DNA of 64,000 nt from a virus: IMG/VR virus record IMGVR_UViG_3300006310_000773, one strand, 5' to 3'. The notes beneath the pieces were generated by a model. That model worked only from the letters and a program-made list of their open reading frames with translations. It ran no database searches and was not told the DNA's origin. The position numbers were made by a program, and so were the translations under genes. Below are positions 10,459 to 19,534 of the stretch, in pieces. Position 1 is the first letter of the stretch, and each line of letters starts with the position of its first letter.

Positions 10459-11828
10459 ATTACTTTCTTTATACTATCCAAAAAATAATCTGCTAGCCAT
10501 TGATTTGACTTTTTTCCAGGATGACTTAAATCTCTTGCATAATCATCATAAGCAGAAGGAAGTTTATTTTTTTCAATGTATTCAATTACTTGTTCTCTCG
10601 TAGCCTGTTTTCCATCTTCAACAAAATTCTCTATCATTTCTGCCATCTCACTAATTGATGTAACATTTATCTGTGCATCTACTTTATTAAAAGGTATCTC
10701 ATAATCATCAGCCAAAAAATAATGAAAGGAAGCCTTATTTTCATAACAAACACCTTTAACAGCATTAATATTTCTTGATGCATTTAATTTATTCATATAT
10801 ATATTTCTGGACATATGATTAACCAATTGTTTTACATATTGATCAAAATATATATCCCCCTCTTCACCCTGATGAGATCCGAACGGATTTGTACAAATAT
10901 CAAATTCAAATAAGTCAGTATATTCAGTTTTATGTTGAATAAAAGAAACATCTTCCCACCAGTAAGGCTCTTTCTGGAGCGCCAATTTCCAATTAGATTC
11001 AAAACCCTTTAATATAAGATATTTAAATAAATTTTCATTAAAATGAAAAGTACGAGTAATATTAGGACCTAAAAATACTACATGTTTCGGTTTTAAAAGA
11101 GGTATTAAATATTGACTAAAAAGATATGCTTGATCATGACTACCTCCTGATAAACCTACATTATAGTTTTTTAATCCCAAAGTTTTACTAAGTATATTAG
11201 AAAAACGATCTTTTTCTGCTAAACCTATACCATAAACATAACTACATCCTAATATTAAAATACTATCACCTTTATTGTCAAAATCAAATTCATCAGACCT
11301 AAATCCCCAACTATTATGTCTATACCAAGGCACTTCTTCACATTCAGTCTGTAAATAATTTATTTGTTTTTTTGATAATGTATATGGCCAATCCTGGCCA
11401 TCATGAATCATTTTAATTTTCTCAAATTGTTCTGTATATCCACACATATCCAGTACATATTTGCCGTAACTGGAATTTTGAAATTTATCATATCGCTCTT
11501 TATTATCTTGCCCCATATAAAGATAATCGCCATTACGTCTATGCCAAGATGTATGCAAAAATGGTATAATTTGTTTTTCTGTAAAATCATGATTTTGTAA
11601 ATATCCTATAAAATGAGTCAATTCTGTATCATGAACATTAAAATTTGTTAAATCAAATTCTCCATTATCAATTCTTTGACTAATTTTAGAAATCTTTTCT
11701 TCTGAACCATCTTTAATAGGGCATTTAGGTAAAATATCATCTTCCCATTCTAAACAAAATCCTTTAGTTTTGAAATCTTTTCCTAATTTAAACTTAGCAT
11801 TATTGGCATTTAGATGTTCTTCACTCAT
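10455..11828 (-). CDS. SGNH/GDSL hydrolase-like protein
   Basis: NSWGFRSDEF, ILILGCSYVYGIG (block I), NVGLSGGS (block II), ARDLSHPG (DxxH). Confidence 0.72.
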   Translation of the reverse strand: MSEEHLNANNAKFKLGKDFKTKGFCLEWEDDILPKCPIKDGSEEKISKISQRIDNGEFDLTNFNVHDTELTHFIGYLQNHDFTEKQIIPFLHTSWHRRNGDYLYMGQDNKERYDKFQNSSYGKYVLDMCGYTEQFEKIKMIHDGQDWPYTLSKKQINYLQTECEEVPWYRHNSWGFRSDEFDFDNKGDSILILGCSYVYGIGLAEKDRFSNILSKTLGLKNYNVGLSGGSHDQAYLFSQYLIPLLKPKHVVFLGPNITRTFHFNENLFKYLILKGFESNWKLALQKEPYWWEDVSFIQHKTEYTDLFEFDICTNPFGSHQGEEGDIYFDQYVKQLVNHMSRNIYMNKLNASRNINAVKGVCYENKASFHYFLADDYEIPFNKVDAQINVTSISEMAEMIENFVEDGKQATREQVIEYIEKNKLPSAYDDYARDLSHPGKKSNQWLADYFLDSIKKVI

Positions 11829-12415
11829 TTCACTTCTCCACTACCTGTTCTATGTGAATATATTTTTCTAAATCTTTTAAATCCTTCAACTTTAGACATA
11901 TTCTCTGCCTCCTTTATTAAATGTTCATTATGATCAAATACAATAAATTGCCATGTTGCATTGCCGCCCGCACCTATAAATGCTCTATAATTTTCCTGCA
12001 CCTTTTTAAAATTAGATCCAATTCTATATTTTTCCAATGATTTTTGATCTGTTCCATCAAGACCAAAAAATACAGATAACTTTCTTCTACCCAGATCTTC
12101 CCAGAATTTAATAGTTCGAGTAGATCCATTAGTAGCAACATTAACATCTGAAAAATCTAAAAAATAATCTACTATGTCTATAAATTCCGGATGAGTAGTG
12201 GGTTCATCGACTGATCCACAAAAATTTATAATTTTCAAATTGGGTAAATATCCTTTCGGAATCCATTTTTTTAAATCTTCAAATTTAATATAAGACTTAT
12301 TAAGTAATGGTCCAACTTTATCATGCATTTCTTGACGAAGACATCCTGGACATTTAATATTACAAAAACTAGTAAGTTCTATATCAATCCATTCTATGGT
12401 ATTTTTATTCCACAT
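11825..12415 (-). CDS. Radical SAM core domain lacking SPASM (N-terminal half of a split rSAM)
   Basis: IELTSFCNIKCPGC; CGSVDEP; TNGS; FGLDG; WQFIVFDHNEH. Confidence 0.85.
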   Translation of the reverse strand: MWNKNTIEWIDIELTSFCNIKCPGCLRQEMHDKVGPLLNKSYIKFEDLKKWIPKGYLPNLKIINFCGSVDEPTTHPEFIDIVDYFLDFSDVNVATNGSTRTIKFWEDLGRRKLSVFFGLDGTDQKSLEKYRIGSNFKKVQENYRAFIGAGGNATWQFIVFDHNEHLIKEAENMSKVEGFKRFRKIYSHRTGSGEVK

Positions 12416-13476
12416 TATAAAAATTGTTCATTATATGCATCAAATCCTATTCCACATTTGTTAGCGCAAACTTTAAGTTTTCCATCTTTAACACTGGAAC
12501 ATGACCAAGAGTCTTCTATGGCTTTGAAAAACGGGCCGTTAACTATTTCTTTTATAGTATGTTTTCTGAGACTGATATTTTCATAATCTCCTATTAATTT
12601 CCAAATAGGTGCTTCGCGGGGTTTCCAATACCATTTATATTGTTGTCCCGCTGTCCAACAACAAGGAAACACATGCCCCTCTGCTGTAACAAATATTTCC
12701 TTCTTATTTATTGCTTTACAATTAATAGGTGTTGTATCATAATATGCATCCATGCTACCATGTTTAGCAACTAAATCTTTTTCTTTTTTTAATGCAACAT
12801 TAACAAACTCTAAACTAGGTTTTTCTAACTTCTGAGTATTTTCGCCTTTTCGATTTGTTGCTTGATGGGCGTCTTTACCTTTATGTTGAACAGTCGAAAA
12901 GAAACGTCCTGTTTTTTTAACTTGAAATTTTTCAAAGCCCATATCCATCGCCAATTGTCTTGCCTCATCTACCTGATGTTCATTATGTTTAAACACTATA
13001 AAATCCCATTTAGCATGACCACCTCGATCAATAAACGCTTTGGCATTCTCCATTACTCTTTCCCATTTAACTTTTTGCCTATATAAATGATTAGTATCCT
13101 CTAAACCATCTATACTAAATGTTACAACTACATCTATATCTGCTAAATCTTCCCAAAAATATTCTGGTTTAGCGCCTCCATTGGTATTCATACCTAACCA
13201 CATATTGGGATTAGCATTTCTAAAAGATCTAAATCCCTCGATTGCATAATTGCTTATGCATGGATCACCTAAATTACCACACATATACATAGAGTCCAAC
13301 TGTTCTACAAAATGCCAAGGAAACATTTCATAATAATCCATAGAACTTAACATTGCATTTGTGAGATAGGGATTATCTTTACCACCATTTATATTACGGT
13401 CACATTGGGGGCAAGCGGCATTACATCCCTGAGTAGGTTCAATATGAACACTTTTTATTTCATCATATCTATACAT
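12415..13476 (-). CDS. Radical SAM protein with C-terminal SPASM/twitch domain
   Basis: CNAACPQC; CGNLGDP; FSIDG; C-terminal CK..PCCW..CANKC. Confidence 0.9.
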   Translation of the reverse strand: MYRYDEIKSVHIEPTQGCNAACPQCDRNINGGKDNPYLTNAMLSSMDYYEMFPWHFVEQLDSMYMCGNLGDPCISNYAIEGFRSFRNANPNMWLGMNTNGGAKPEYFWEDLADIDVVVTFSIDGLEDTNHLYRQKVKWERVMENAKAFIDRGGHAKWDFIVFKHNEHQVDEARQLAMDMGFEKFQVKKTGRFFSTVQHKGKDAHQATNRKGENTQKLEKPSLEFVNVALKKEKDLVAKHGSMDAYYDTTPINCKAINKKEIFVTAEGHVFPCCWTAGQQYKWYWKPREAPIWKLIGDYENISLRKHTIKEIVNGPFFKAIEDSWSCSSVKDGKLKVCANKCGIGFDAYNEQFL

Positions 13477-14834
13477 AATTCTGGAAAAACTTTTTCAAAT
13501 TGTTTATGTGGTCTTAATCTATTTAAATGTGAAATATATTCTTGAAATTCGGGAAGTCTTTCAGACCAATCTTCATCATCCATGAAATTTAATAGTCCTT
13601 CATATCTTTTAATTCCATAGGATGAATTTGCCCAATCATCAAATTCTATATTTTCTACACCGGTACATAATTTCCAATTATCTTCCATCCAAGGGAAAAA
13701 CTCTTCTTCATATTTCTCTCTAATTTTATATTTTAATTCTTTTGGTATTATTTTAACATTTAATTGTGGTGGCCAATATGCCAAATGACAATTGATCATT
13801 CCTGCTCCCCCAGGCCATTTATTTATTTTCTTATATCCTTGCTGAACTTTCCAAGATATAAATTCTGGAAGATAATTAATACTCAATGCCATAATAGTTG
13901 TTGCGGTTGTTACTGTAATATTATCATCAGTCTGATCCATTAATTTTAAATTCTTTTCAATAATTTTCCATCTACTAGGATAGCGAATATAATCATTATA
14001 CTTTCCCCAACTATCTATTGAAAAATGAAATATTACATGTTTAAATTCACTCCACAACTTAAATAACTTATCTGGTAATTCAATACCATTTGAATTATAT
14101 CTTAATTCAATTTTAGGAGCATAGCCCATTTCAATTACTTTTTCAAGTAAGGTATAATGCTCGTCAATAATAGTTGATTCACCTCCTGCAAAATATAATT
14201 GATAAATGTTTGGTATTTGTTCATATAAATCTTCCCAAAAATGAGGACTCATTTTATGCCAATTATACGTTCCGCCGTCTTCATTTTTTTTCCATTGACT
14301 AGTATCTTTCAATCTTTCATTTTTTATTTTAGGATAAAAATCTAACCACTCTTTATTCCATCCAGAAGAATCATTTGGAGAACACATCACACAAGCCAAT
14401 TGACATTTACTTCCCATTCGTAAGTCAATATATCTAAGTTTGGGGGCAACTGATCCATCTTCATTTGTGTTTTTTACTAATTCATTTAAATCATAAATTT
14501 CTCCCCATTTATTAGTTTCCCAAACTCTTTTAGGAATATGGCCCGCATCTTCTTCTTTAAAACATTTTTCACATTGAGGAGGGCGTTCACCTTTCATCAT
14601 CATCAATCTAGTACGCCTCATATAATCATTATTCCACGCATCTAATAATCGAGTGGTATTTAAATTAGCACATTGGCCATCTTCATTTCTTATATTTGCT
14701 TTTGTTCTTATGGAAGAATTTGGATCTTGAACAGCAGACGCATTCGCAGTACAACATACTCTCATATGTCCGTTGGGTCTTGTTGATAAATGTATCCACG
14801 GCAATGCGCAAAAAGTGGGGGAAGGATAGTCCAT
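13455..14834 (-). CDS. Twitch-domain radical SAM protein
   Basis: FCALPWIH..VCC..CEKC; CQLACVMC; FAGGES; FSIDS. Confidence 0.9.
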   Translation of the reverse strand: MDYPSPTFCALPWIHLSTRPNGHMRVCCTANASAVQDPNSSIRTKANIRNEDGQCANLNTTRLLDAWNNDYMRRTRLMMMKGERPPQCEKCFKEEDAGHIPKRVWETNKWGEIYDLNELVKNTNEDGSVAPKLRYIDLRMGSKCQLACVMCSPNDSSGWNKEWLDFYPKIKNERLKDTSQWKKNEDGGTYNWHKMSPHFWEDLYEQIPNIYQLYFAGGESTIIDEHYTLLEKVIEMGYAPKIELRYNSNGIELPDKLFKLWSEFKHVIFHFSIDSWGKYNDYIRYPSRWKIIEKNLKLMDQTDDNITVTTATTIMALSINYLPEFISWKVQQGYKKINKWPGGAGMINCHLAYWPPQLNVKIIPKELKYKIREKYEEEFFPWMEDNWKLCTGVENIEFDDWANSSYGIKRYEGLLNFMDDEDWSERLPEFQEYISHLNRLRPHKQFEKVFPELCIDMMK

Positions 14835-14887
14835 AATTGTCTCACTAAATATTAATAATCATATACTTTTATTTATGCTATTAAAAT

Positions 14888-15640
14888 ATGACTAATTTTT
14901 TTTGTTTGAAGTGGGGAAATAAATATCCTCCAAAATATGTGAATCGATTATTCAATTCTTTAAAAATACACTATAATAATTCTTTTAATTTTCATTGTTT
15001 AACAGAAAATTCTAAAGGATTAAATAAAGATATTGAAATAAAACCAATTCCTACAACATTCGATGAATTTCCAAGAACTCAAATTTTCACTTCAGAAAAA
15101 ATGTGTTATTTTGGAGATTATGCTAACATGTCAGGTAAAAAGGCATGGTTTGATTTAGATATATTGATTCAAAATAACATAACAAAATACATACACAAAA
15201 ATCATCCAAAACCAAAATTTATTTGGAATTATTGGAGAGATTCATTGGCCTCAAAATTAAATTATGGATATTTAACAACTCCTATAAATTCTTCATTTGT
15301 TGCTTGGGATAATGATGCTGGATATGAAATGTATGAAAATTTATTAAAAACAAAAAAGGAAGCATTCTTTTCATATCCATCTTTCGATAAACTCATATTT
15401 TATCAATGTCATCGCAAAAAAATGGTAGATTTCTGGCCTCCAACCACTGCCTATAATTACAATATAGGTGCAAAATTTCCAAATGATATGACTCCAAAAG
15501 AATATAAAAAACGTTATAAAATATGTCTATTCAATACTTCACATAAAGCATGGGCAAAAGAACATGAACAACATGTAGAATTGCATGATGCACAAGGATG
15601 GGCAAAAGAATTATGGGAAAGTTATAATGTCATCTTATGA
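14888..15640 (+). CDS. Phage GT-A fold glycosyltransferase
   Basis: CLKWGNKY..YVNRL, FHCLTE, WFDLD (DxD), INSS. Confidence 0.75.
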   Translation: MTNFFCLKWGNKYPPKYVNRLFNSLKIHYNNSFNFHCLTENSKGLNKDIEIKPIPTTFDEFPRTQIFTSEKMCYFGDYANMSGKKAWFDLDILIQNNITKYIHKNHPKPKFIWNYWRDSLASKLNYGYLTTPINSSFVAWDNDAGYEMYENLLKTKKEAFFSYPSFDKLIFYQCHRKKMVDFWPPTTAYNYNIGAKFPNDMTPKEYKKRYKICLFNTSHKAWAKEHEQHVELHDAQGWAKELWESYNVIL

Positions 15641-16160
15641 AACTTTATTAAAAACAAAACATAAAAAATTTAAATATTTAATTGAATATTCTAATAATAA
15701 AGATGTTCAAAAAATATCATGGCGAGTATTTGACGAAATCATGATACATTATGAAGAAGAGCCCGTACATTTTTTATGTAGTTGGTTCTGTCATATAGAA
15801 GTGGATGATTTTGAATTATTCGGTTATAAGTGCTATTATTATGATATAGATCCTATGGTATGCAAAATTAATAAATTAATAACAAAGAATGTTATTAATA
15901 AAGATGTCATATTTGATGATGTTAAAATAGAAGACGGTATAATTGTAAATAAATATTGTGAAACATGTTATCCTGTTGGTAGAAAGTTCTCAGGAAAGTT
16001 TGTTTTAGTTGGTTCTGATAATCCACATCTATCTTGTATTAATCCGATAAATAGTTGTCAACAAATTATAGATCAAAATCAATTAACAACAATTCATTAT
16101 AAAACTGAAATAAAAGGTAAACATAATTATTATTTGGTGGTAGGATGCAATCAACTATAG
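15627..16160 (+). CDS. Hypothetical protein, possibly a degenerate class I methyltransferase
   Basis: Likely start MSSYETLL overlapping the upstream stop. Motifs CSWF, YYDIDP, VNKYCE, CINPINS..IIDQNQ parallel the downstream MTase-like gene. Confidence 0.5.
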   Translation: MSSYETLLKTKHKKFKYLIEYSNNKDVQKISWRVFDEIMIHYEEEPVHFLCSWFCHIEVDDFELFGYKCYYYDIDPMVCKINKLITKNVINKDVIFDDVKIEDGIIVNKYCETCYPVGRKFSGKFVLVGSDNPHLSCINPINSCQQIIDQNQLTTIHYKTEIKGKHNYYLVVGCNQL

Positions 16161-17038
16161 AAAAATTAAAAAAATTTGAAGATAATATTGAAAAGAAAAA
16201 TCAAGAAATTAGAGATTCTGCAGGAAATATTAGAAAAACTATTGGAAAATTAAAAAATGATGTTAGAAAAACTATTGGAAAATATAAAACAAATATTGGA
16301 AAAAATAAAAAACATGTAAGTGATACCACAAAAAAAATTAATAAATTACCATATCATAAAATAGAACAATGGATAATAAACAATCAGGTTGGTAGTTTAG
16401 AAAGTTATCAAGATTCTTTATCACATGGACAATTATCTTCAAAACAATGGTTAGTTAACAAATTACCCAAAGGAAAAGATTTATATCTTGAAGTTATTTC
16501 AGACGGAACGCCAACTATTTTAGGATATACACAACATTTGCCTTTGGTCAATAGTGAAGGTAATACTGACCCATACCCTGAATCATCTTTATATATTGAA
16601 ATTATTGGTGGATGGTTTGGTTGTCCATTAATAGATCTGTTACATTCTAAATTAGAAATAAAAAAAATAGACTTTTATGAAAAAGATGAATTATGTAAAA
16701 AAATATTAGCACAATATCTAAATCATTTTGAATTTCCCTTTGAGGTTTCTATTTTCGGAGATTTTTTTGAAAGAAAAGAAATTAGACGTAGAGATTTAAT
16801 CATTAATACCTCAGGAGAACATATGGAAGATATTATAAAAATGAAACATTATTTTAAAGGAAATCCTGTAGTTGCTATACAATCAAATGATTATTTTGGA
16901 TTAGATGAACATATCAATTGTGTTCATAATGTTGAAGAATTAATTGAAAAAAATCAAATTAAAAATGTGGTATATAAAGGTGAATTAGATTTTCCAAAAT
17001 ATACAAGATATATGACCATAGGTCACTGGTATGTTTAA
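16145..17038 (+). CDS. Class I SAM-dependent methyltransferase-like protein with basic N-terminal repeats
   Basis: GQLSSKQWL, IIGGWFG, IINTSGEHM, QSNDYF..HINC, RYMTIG. Confidence 0.65.
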   Translation: MQSTIEKLKKFEDNIEKKNQEIRDSAGNIRKTIGKLKNDVRKTIGKYKTNIGKNKKHVSDTTKKINKLPYHKIEQWIINNQVGSLESYQDSLSHGQLSSKQWLVNKLPKGKDLYLEVISDGTPTILGYTQHLPLVNSEGNTDPYPESSLYIEIIGGWFGCPLIDLLHSKLEIKKIDFYEKDELCKKILAQYLNHFEFPFEVSIFGDFFERKEIRRRDLIINTSGEHMEDIIKMKHYFKGNPVVAIQSNDYFGLDEHINCVHNVEELIEKNQIKNVVYKGELDFPKYTRYMTIGHWYV

Positions 17039-17666
17039 ATATGCGGTTGCATGTATATGTGTTGGTGACAAATACAATGTAAAAGATGTAAAACGTTTAG
17101 AAAAAATGGTTTTTGAAAATACCACATATAATATAAACTTTCGAGTATTTGATGAACCTATTCTTCCCAAATGGTGGACTAAAGTTTTATATCATTCCCC
17201 AATGATAGAACCATTTGAAGAAGAAGTCGTTTTAGCTTTTGATTTAGACGTGATCATAAAAGGAAACATAGATCCCCTATTTGATTGGGTAGAACAACAA
17301 GATTATTTGTGTGCATGTTGGTGTAGGTGGAGAGAACATATGGAAGATTTTGAAAAACGCCGGTCACAAAAAGAATGTTGCACCCCCTATAACTCTTCTA
17401 TATTAGGATGGAAACCAAACAGCAGTTTAAAAGTGTGGGAGAAATTTGAATTTGAAGATATTGAAAAATGTGGTGGATTTGATACATATCTTTGGATGAA
17501 ATATCTTGATCCCATTCGTATACCAGACCATTTTTATTATTCTGCTAGTTATTCTAATTATCAAGAATTAGATTATCCAATAGCCATTTTTAATAAAGGA
17601 TATTCTGATGGACTAGAAAAGGAAGAAATATATTCTACTGTTCCTTGGACTAAAAAATATATCTAA
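17031..17666 (+). CDS. GT-A fold glycosyltransferase, paralog of 14888..15640
   Basis: CVGDKY, WWTK, AFDLDVII, YNSSILGW. Confidence 0.72.
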   Translation: MFKYAVACICVGDKYNVKDVKRLEKMVFENTTYNINFRVFDEPILPKWWTKVLYHSPMIEPFEEEVVLAFDLDVIIKGNIDPLFDWVEQQDYLCACWCRWREHMEDFEKRRSQKECCTPYNSSILGWKPNSSLKVWEKFEFEDIEKCGGFDTYLWMKYLDPIRIPDHFYYSASYSNYQELDYPIAIFNKGYSDGLEKEEIYSTVPWTKKYI

Positions 17667-18334
17667 TACCAAACACCATTAGGACTTTCATGAACTAATC
17701 CTATATCCTCTTTTAAAACTTCATTACAAAATTCCACATCATCATGAAAATCATTATTCATCATAAATCCTATTGAAAATCTATTACAGTCCGTTCCTGC
17801 ACAATGCCAAGCATATTCTTTTTTTTCTTCAACATGATCTAAATGACTAGTAATTTTCATAGATTTAATATTCCATCCTGCAGAATCTTGATATTCTTCA
17901 ATTTTTTTTGAATCACCATAAACTTTAAAAATACCATCACCTGTTTCTGACCAAGAAAATATTATATTTTTGCCTGGGATATTCGCATTATGATGCCAAG
18001 CAATATATCCACCAGGAGGATAATGTTGACATAAAGGACTTCTTCTTGCTCCCACTAAAGAAGCTAATTTAGTTGACAATTTTAAAAGTTCTTCATGAGG
18101 TTCAGAAGCTTCCAGACCAAAATCATTTGATAATATATGTGTAGGCCCGCCAGAGCCTGAATCACCTTCCATTATATTAAACAAATATTCATCAGAAATA
18201 GCCTCTTCTTTTGAAATTATTTCTCTTTTATTTCTATCTTCAATATTTCCATCACTTTTAATAAAATCGAATACAAAAGGTTCAAATAATTTTAAAATTT
18301 TTAAAATATCTTGTGGTATATCTTTTTCAATCAT
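17663..18334 (-). CDS. 2OG-Fe(II) oxygenase-like (cupin) protein
   Basis: YPPGGYIAWHHN, WHCAGTDCNRFSIGF. Confidence 0.65.
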   Translation of the reverse strand: MIEKDIPQDILKILKLFEPFVFDFIKSDGNIEDRNKREIISKEEAISDEYLFNIMEGDSGSGGPTHILSNDFGLEASEPHEELLKLSTKLASLVGARRSPLCQHYPPGGYIAWHHNANIPGKNIIFSWSETGDGIFKVYGDSKKIEEYQDSAGWNIKSMKITSHLDHVEEKKEYAWHCAGTDCNRFSIGFMMNNDFHDDVEFCNEVLKEDIGLVHESPNGVWY

Positions 18335-19058
18335 GCCAACCTGTTCCTTTGGGATAACTTAAAAATACAATATCTGAATAATTAACATTTTCTATTTCAC
18401 AATCATATCCTGGTGCTGTAAAATTCCATAAACAATCGTCATTTTTTGTTGTATTAAAATACCAATTCCATTTTATATCATTTCTGTACCATTCATCTTC
18501 TTTATCACATAACATTAAATGTAATGGAAATTGATCCCACATTTCAACAGGACCTTTCTCATATTTAAAATCCCATCTTGAATGCCAATTATGCTTCATC
18601 TTCCATTGCCAATTATTCCACCATTCCTCCATAAATGTTTTCATTTTTTTATTATTTTTCCAAACAAAAGCACCACCATGAGGTCTTTCTTCTTCATGAA
18701 TGTTCCACCAACATGCTGATGCACAATAAGGTCTAATTTTCGTAAAAACTATATCATTATCACAAAGTGCTTCAAATACATTATTTGCATTGTCTGATAA
18801 ACAAACTACATCAGCATCTAAAAAACATGTAATATCATAGGGGGTTTTTGTTAATGCCCACAATTTAGCCCTGATTGTTTTAGGAGCACCACCAATAACA
18901 TTGTCAAATATATGATTTCCTGGATCTAAGATCCATTCATTGTCAGTAACTAATGTGATTGGATATTGTGTATATTCTTTTATGCTGTCGGCGAGGAGTT
19001 GTGCCGCAGTAAGAAATCTTTTATTTTTGGAAGCGACAACAAGAAATCCATTATTCAT
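18327..19058 (-). CDS. Glycosyltransferase (GT8-like nucleotide-diphospho-sugar transferase)
   Basis: Likely start MNNGFLVVAS overlapping the upstream stop; AKLWALTKTPYDITCFLDAD; WDQF. Confidence 0.75.
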   Translation of the reverse strand: MNNGFLVVASKNKRFLTAAQLLADSIKEYTQYPITLVTDNEWILDPGNHIFDNVIGGAPKTIRAKLWALTKTPYDITCFLDADVVCLSDNANNVFEALCDNDIVFTKIRPYCASACWWNIHEEERPHGGAFVWKNNKKMKTFMEEWWNNWQWKMKHNWHSRWDFKYEKGPVEMWDQFPLHLMLCDKEDEWYRNDIKWNWYFNTTKNDDCLWNFTAPGYDCEIENVNYSDIVFLSYPKGTGWHD

Positions 19059-19518
19059 TTTCTTCAATTGCTGGTTTGAGAACATTTCCCCATTCAGTAA
19101 GACCATGAATTGGATCACTGATTGATTTTAGTAATAATACAGTAACCCATGCATTTAATTCTACAAGATTTGTTGATTTTCTTATTTTGGAACGAAGAAT
19201 TTTATCTTTAGACTCTTTCACTTCTGATATTTCAAATGCTTTTAATTTTGTATCAAATAATGTTTTTAAATCATCTTGAGCTTTATCTGATTCTTCTTCT
19301 TTTTTTTGATTTATTATTTTTCTTTGAGAATGGGCATGTGAGAAATCATCTATTTCTTTAGGAGTAAATTTTTTGAAAAATTCTTCCCAATGTTCTGTTC
19401 CTACAGAGGTTTGTATCGAATATGTATCATCATCATTTGCGTTTTTTAATAAAATTGCAATAGAGGTTTTTTCAGAATTAGTCCAAATTCCTTCAACCAC
19501 TTCATCACTAAATATCAT
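19051..19518 (-). CDS. Hypothetical protein (possible fibre-associated chaperone)
   Basis: 155-aa ORF directly downstream of the YxGQ protein, with helical C-terminus LFDTKLKAFEISEVKES..KIRKS. Confidence 0.55.
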   Translation of the reverse strand: MIFSDEVVEGIWTNSEKTSIAILLKNANDDDTYSIQTSVGTEHWEEFFKKFTPKEIDDFSHAHSQRKIINQKKEEESDKAQDDLKTLFDTKLKAFEISEVKESKDKILRSKIRKSTNLVELNAWVTVLLLKSISDPIHGLTEWGNVLKPAIEENE

Positions 19519-19534
19519 AATTTATCCTATTATA

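Noticed and set aside
1457-14834. rSAMs as cofactor-biosynthesis AMGs (MoaA, PqqE, NirJ, QueE)
   Set aside because: No partner pathway genes are present; multiple paralogs in a GT/oxygenase context argue for a tailoring role.
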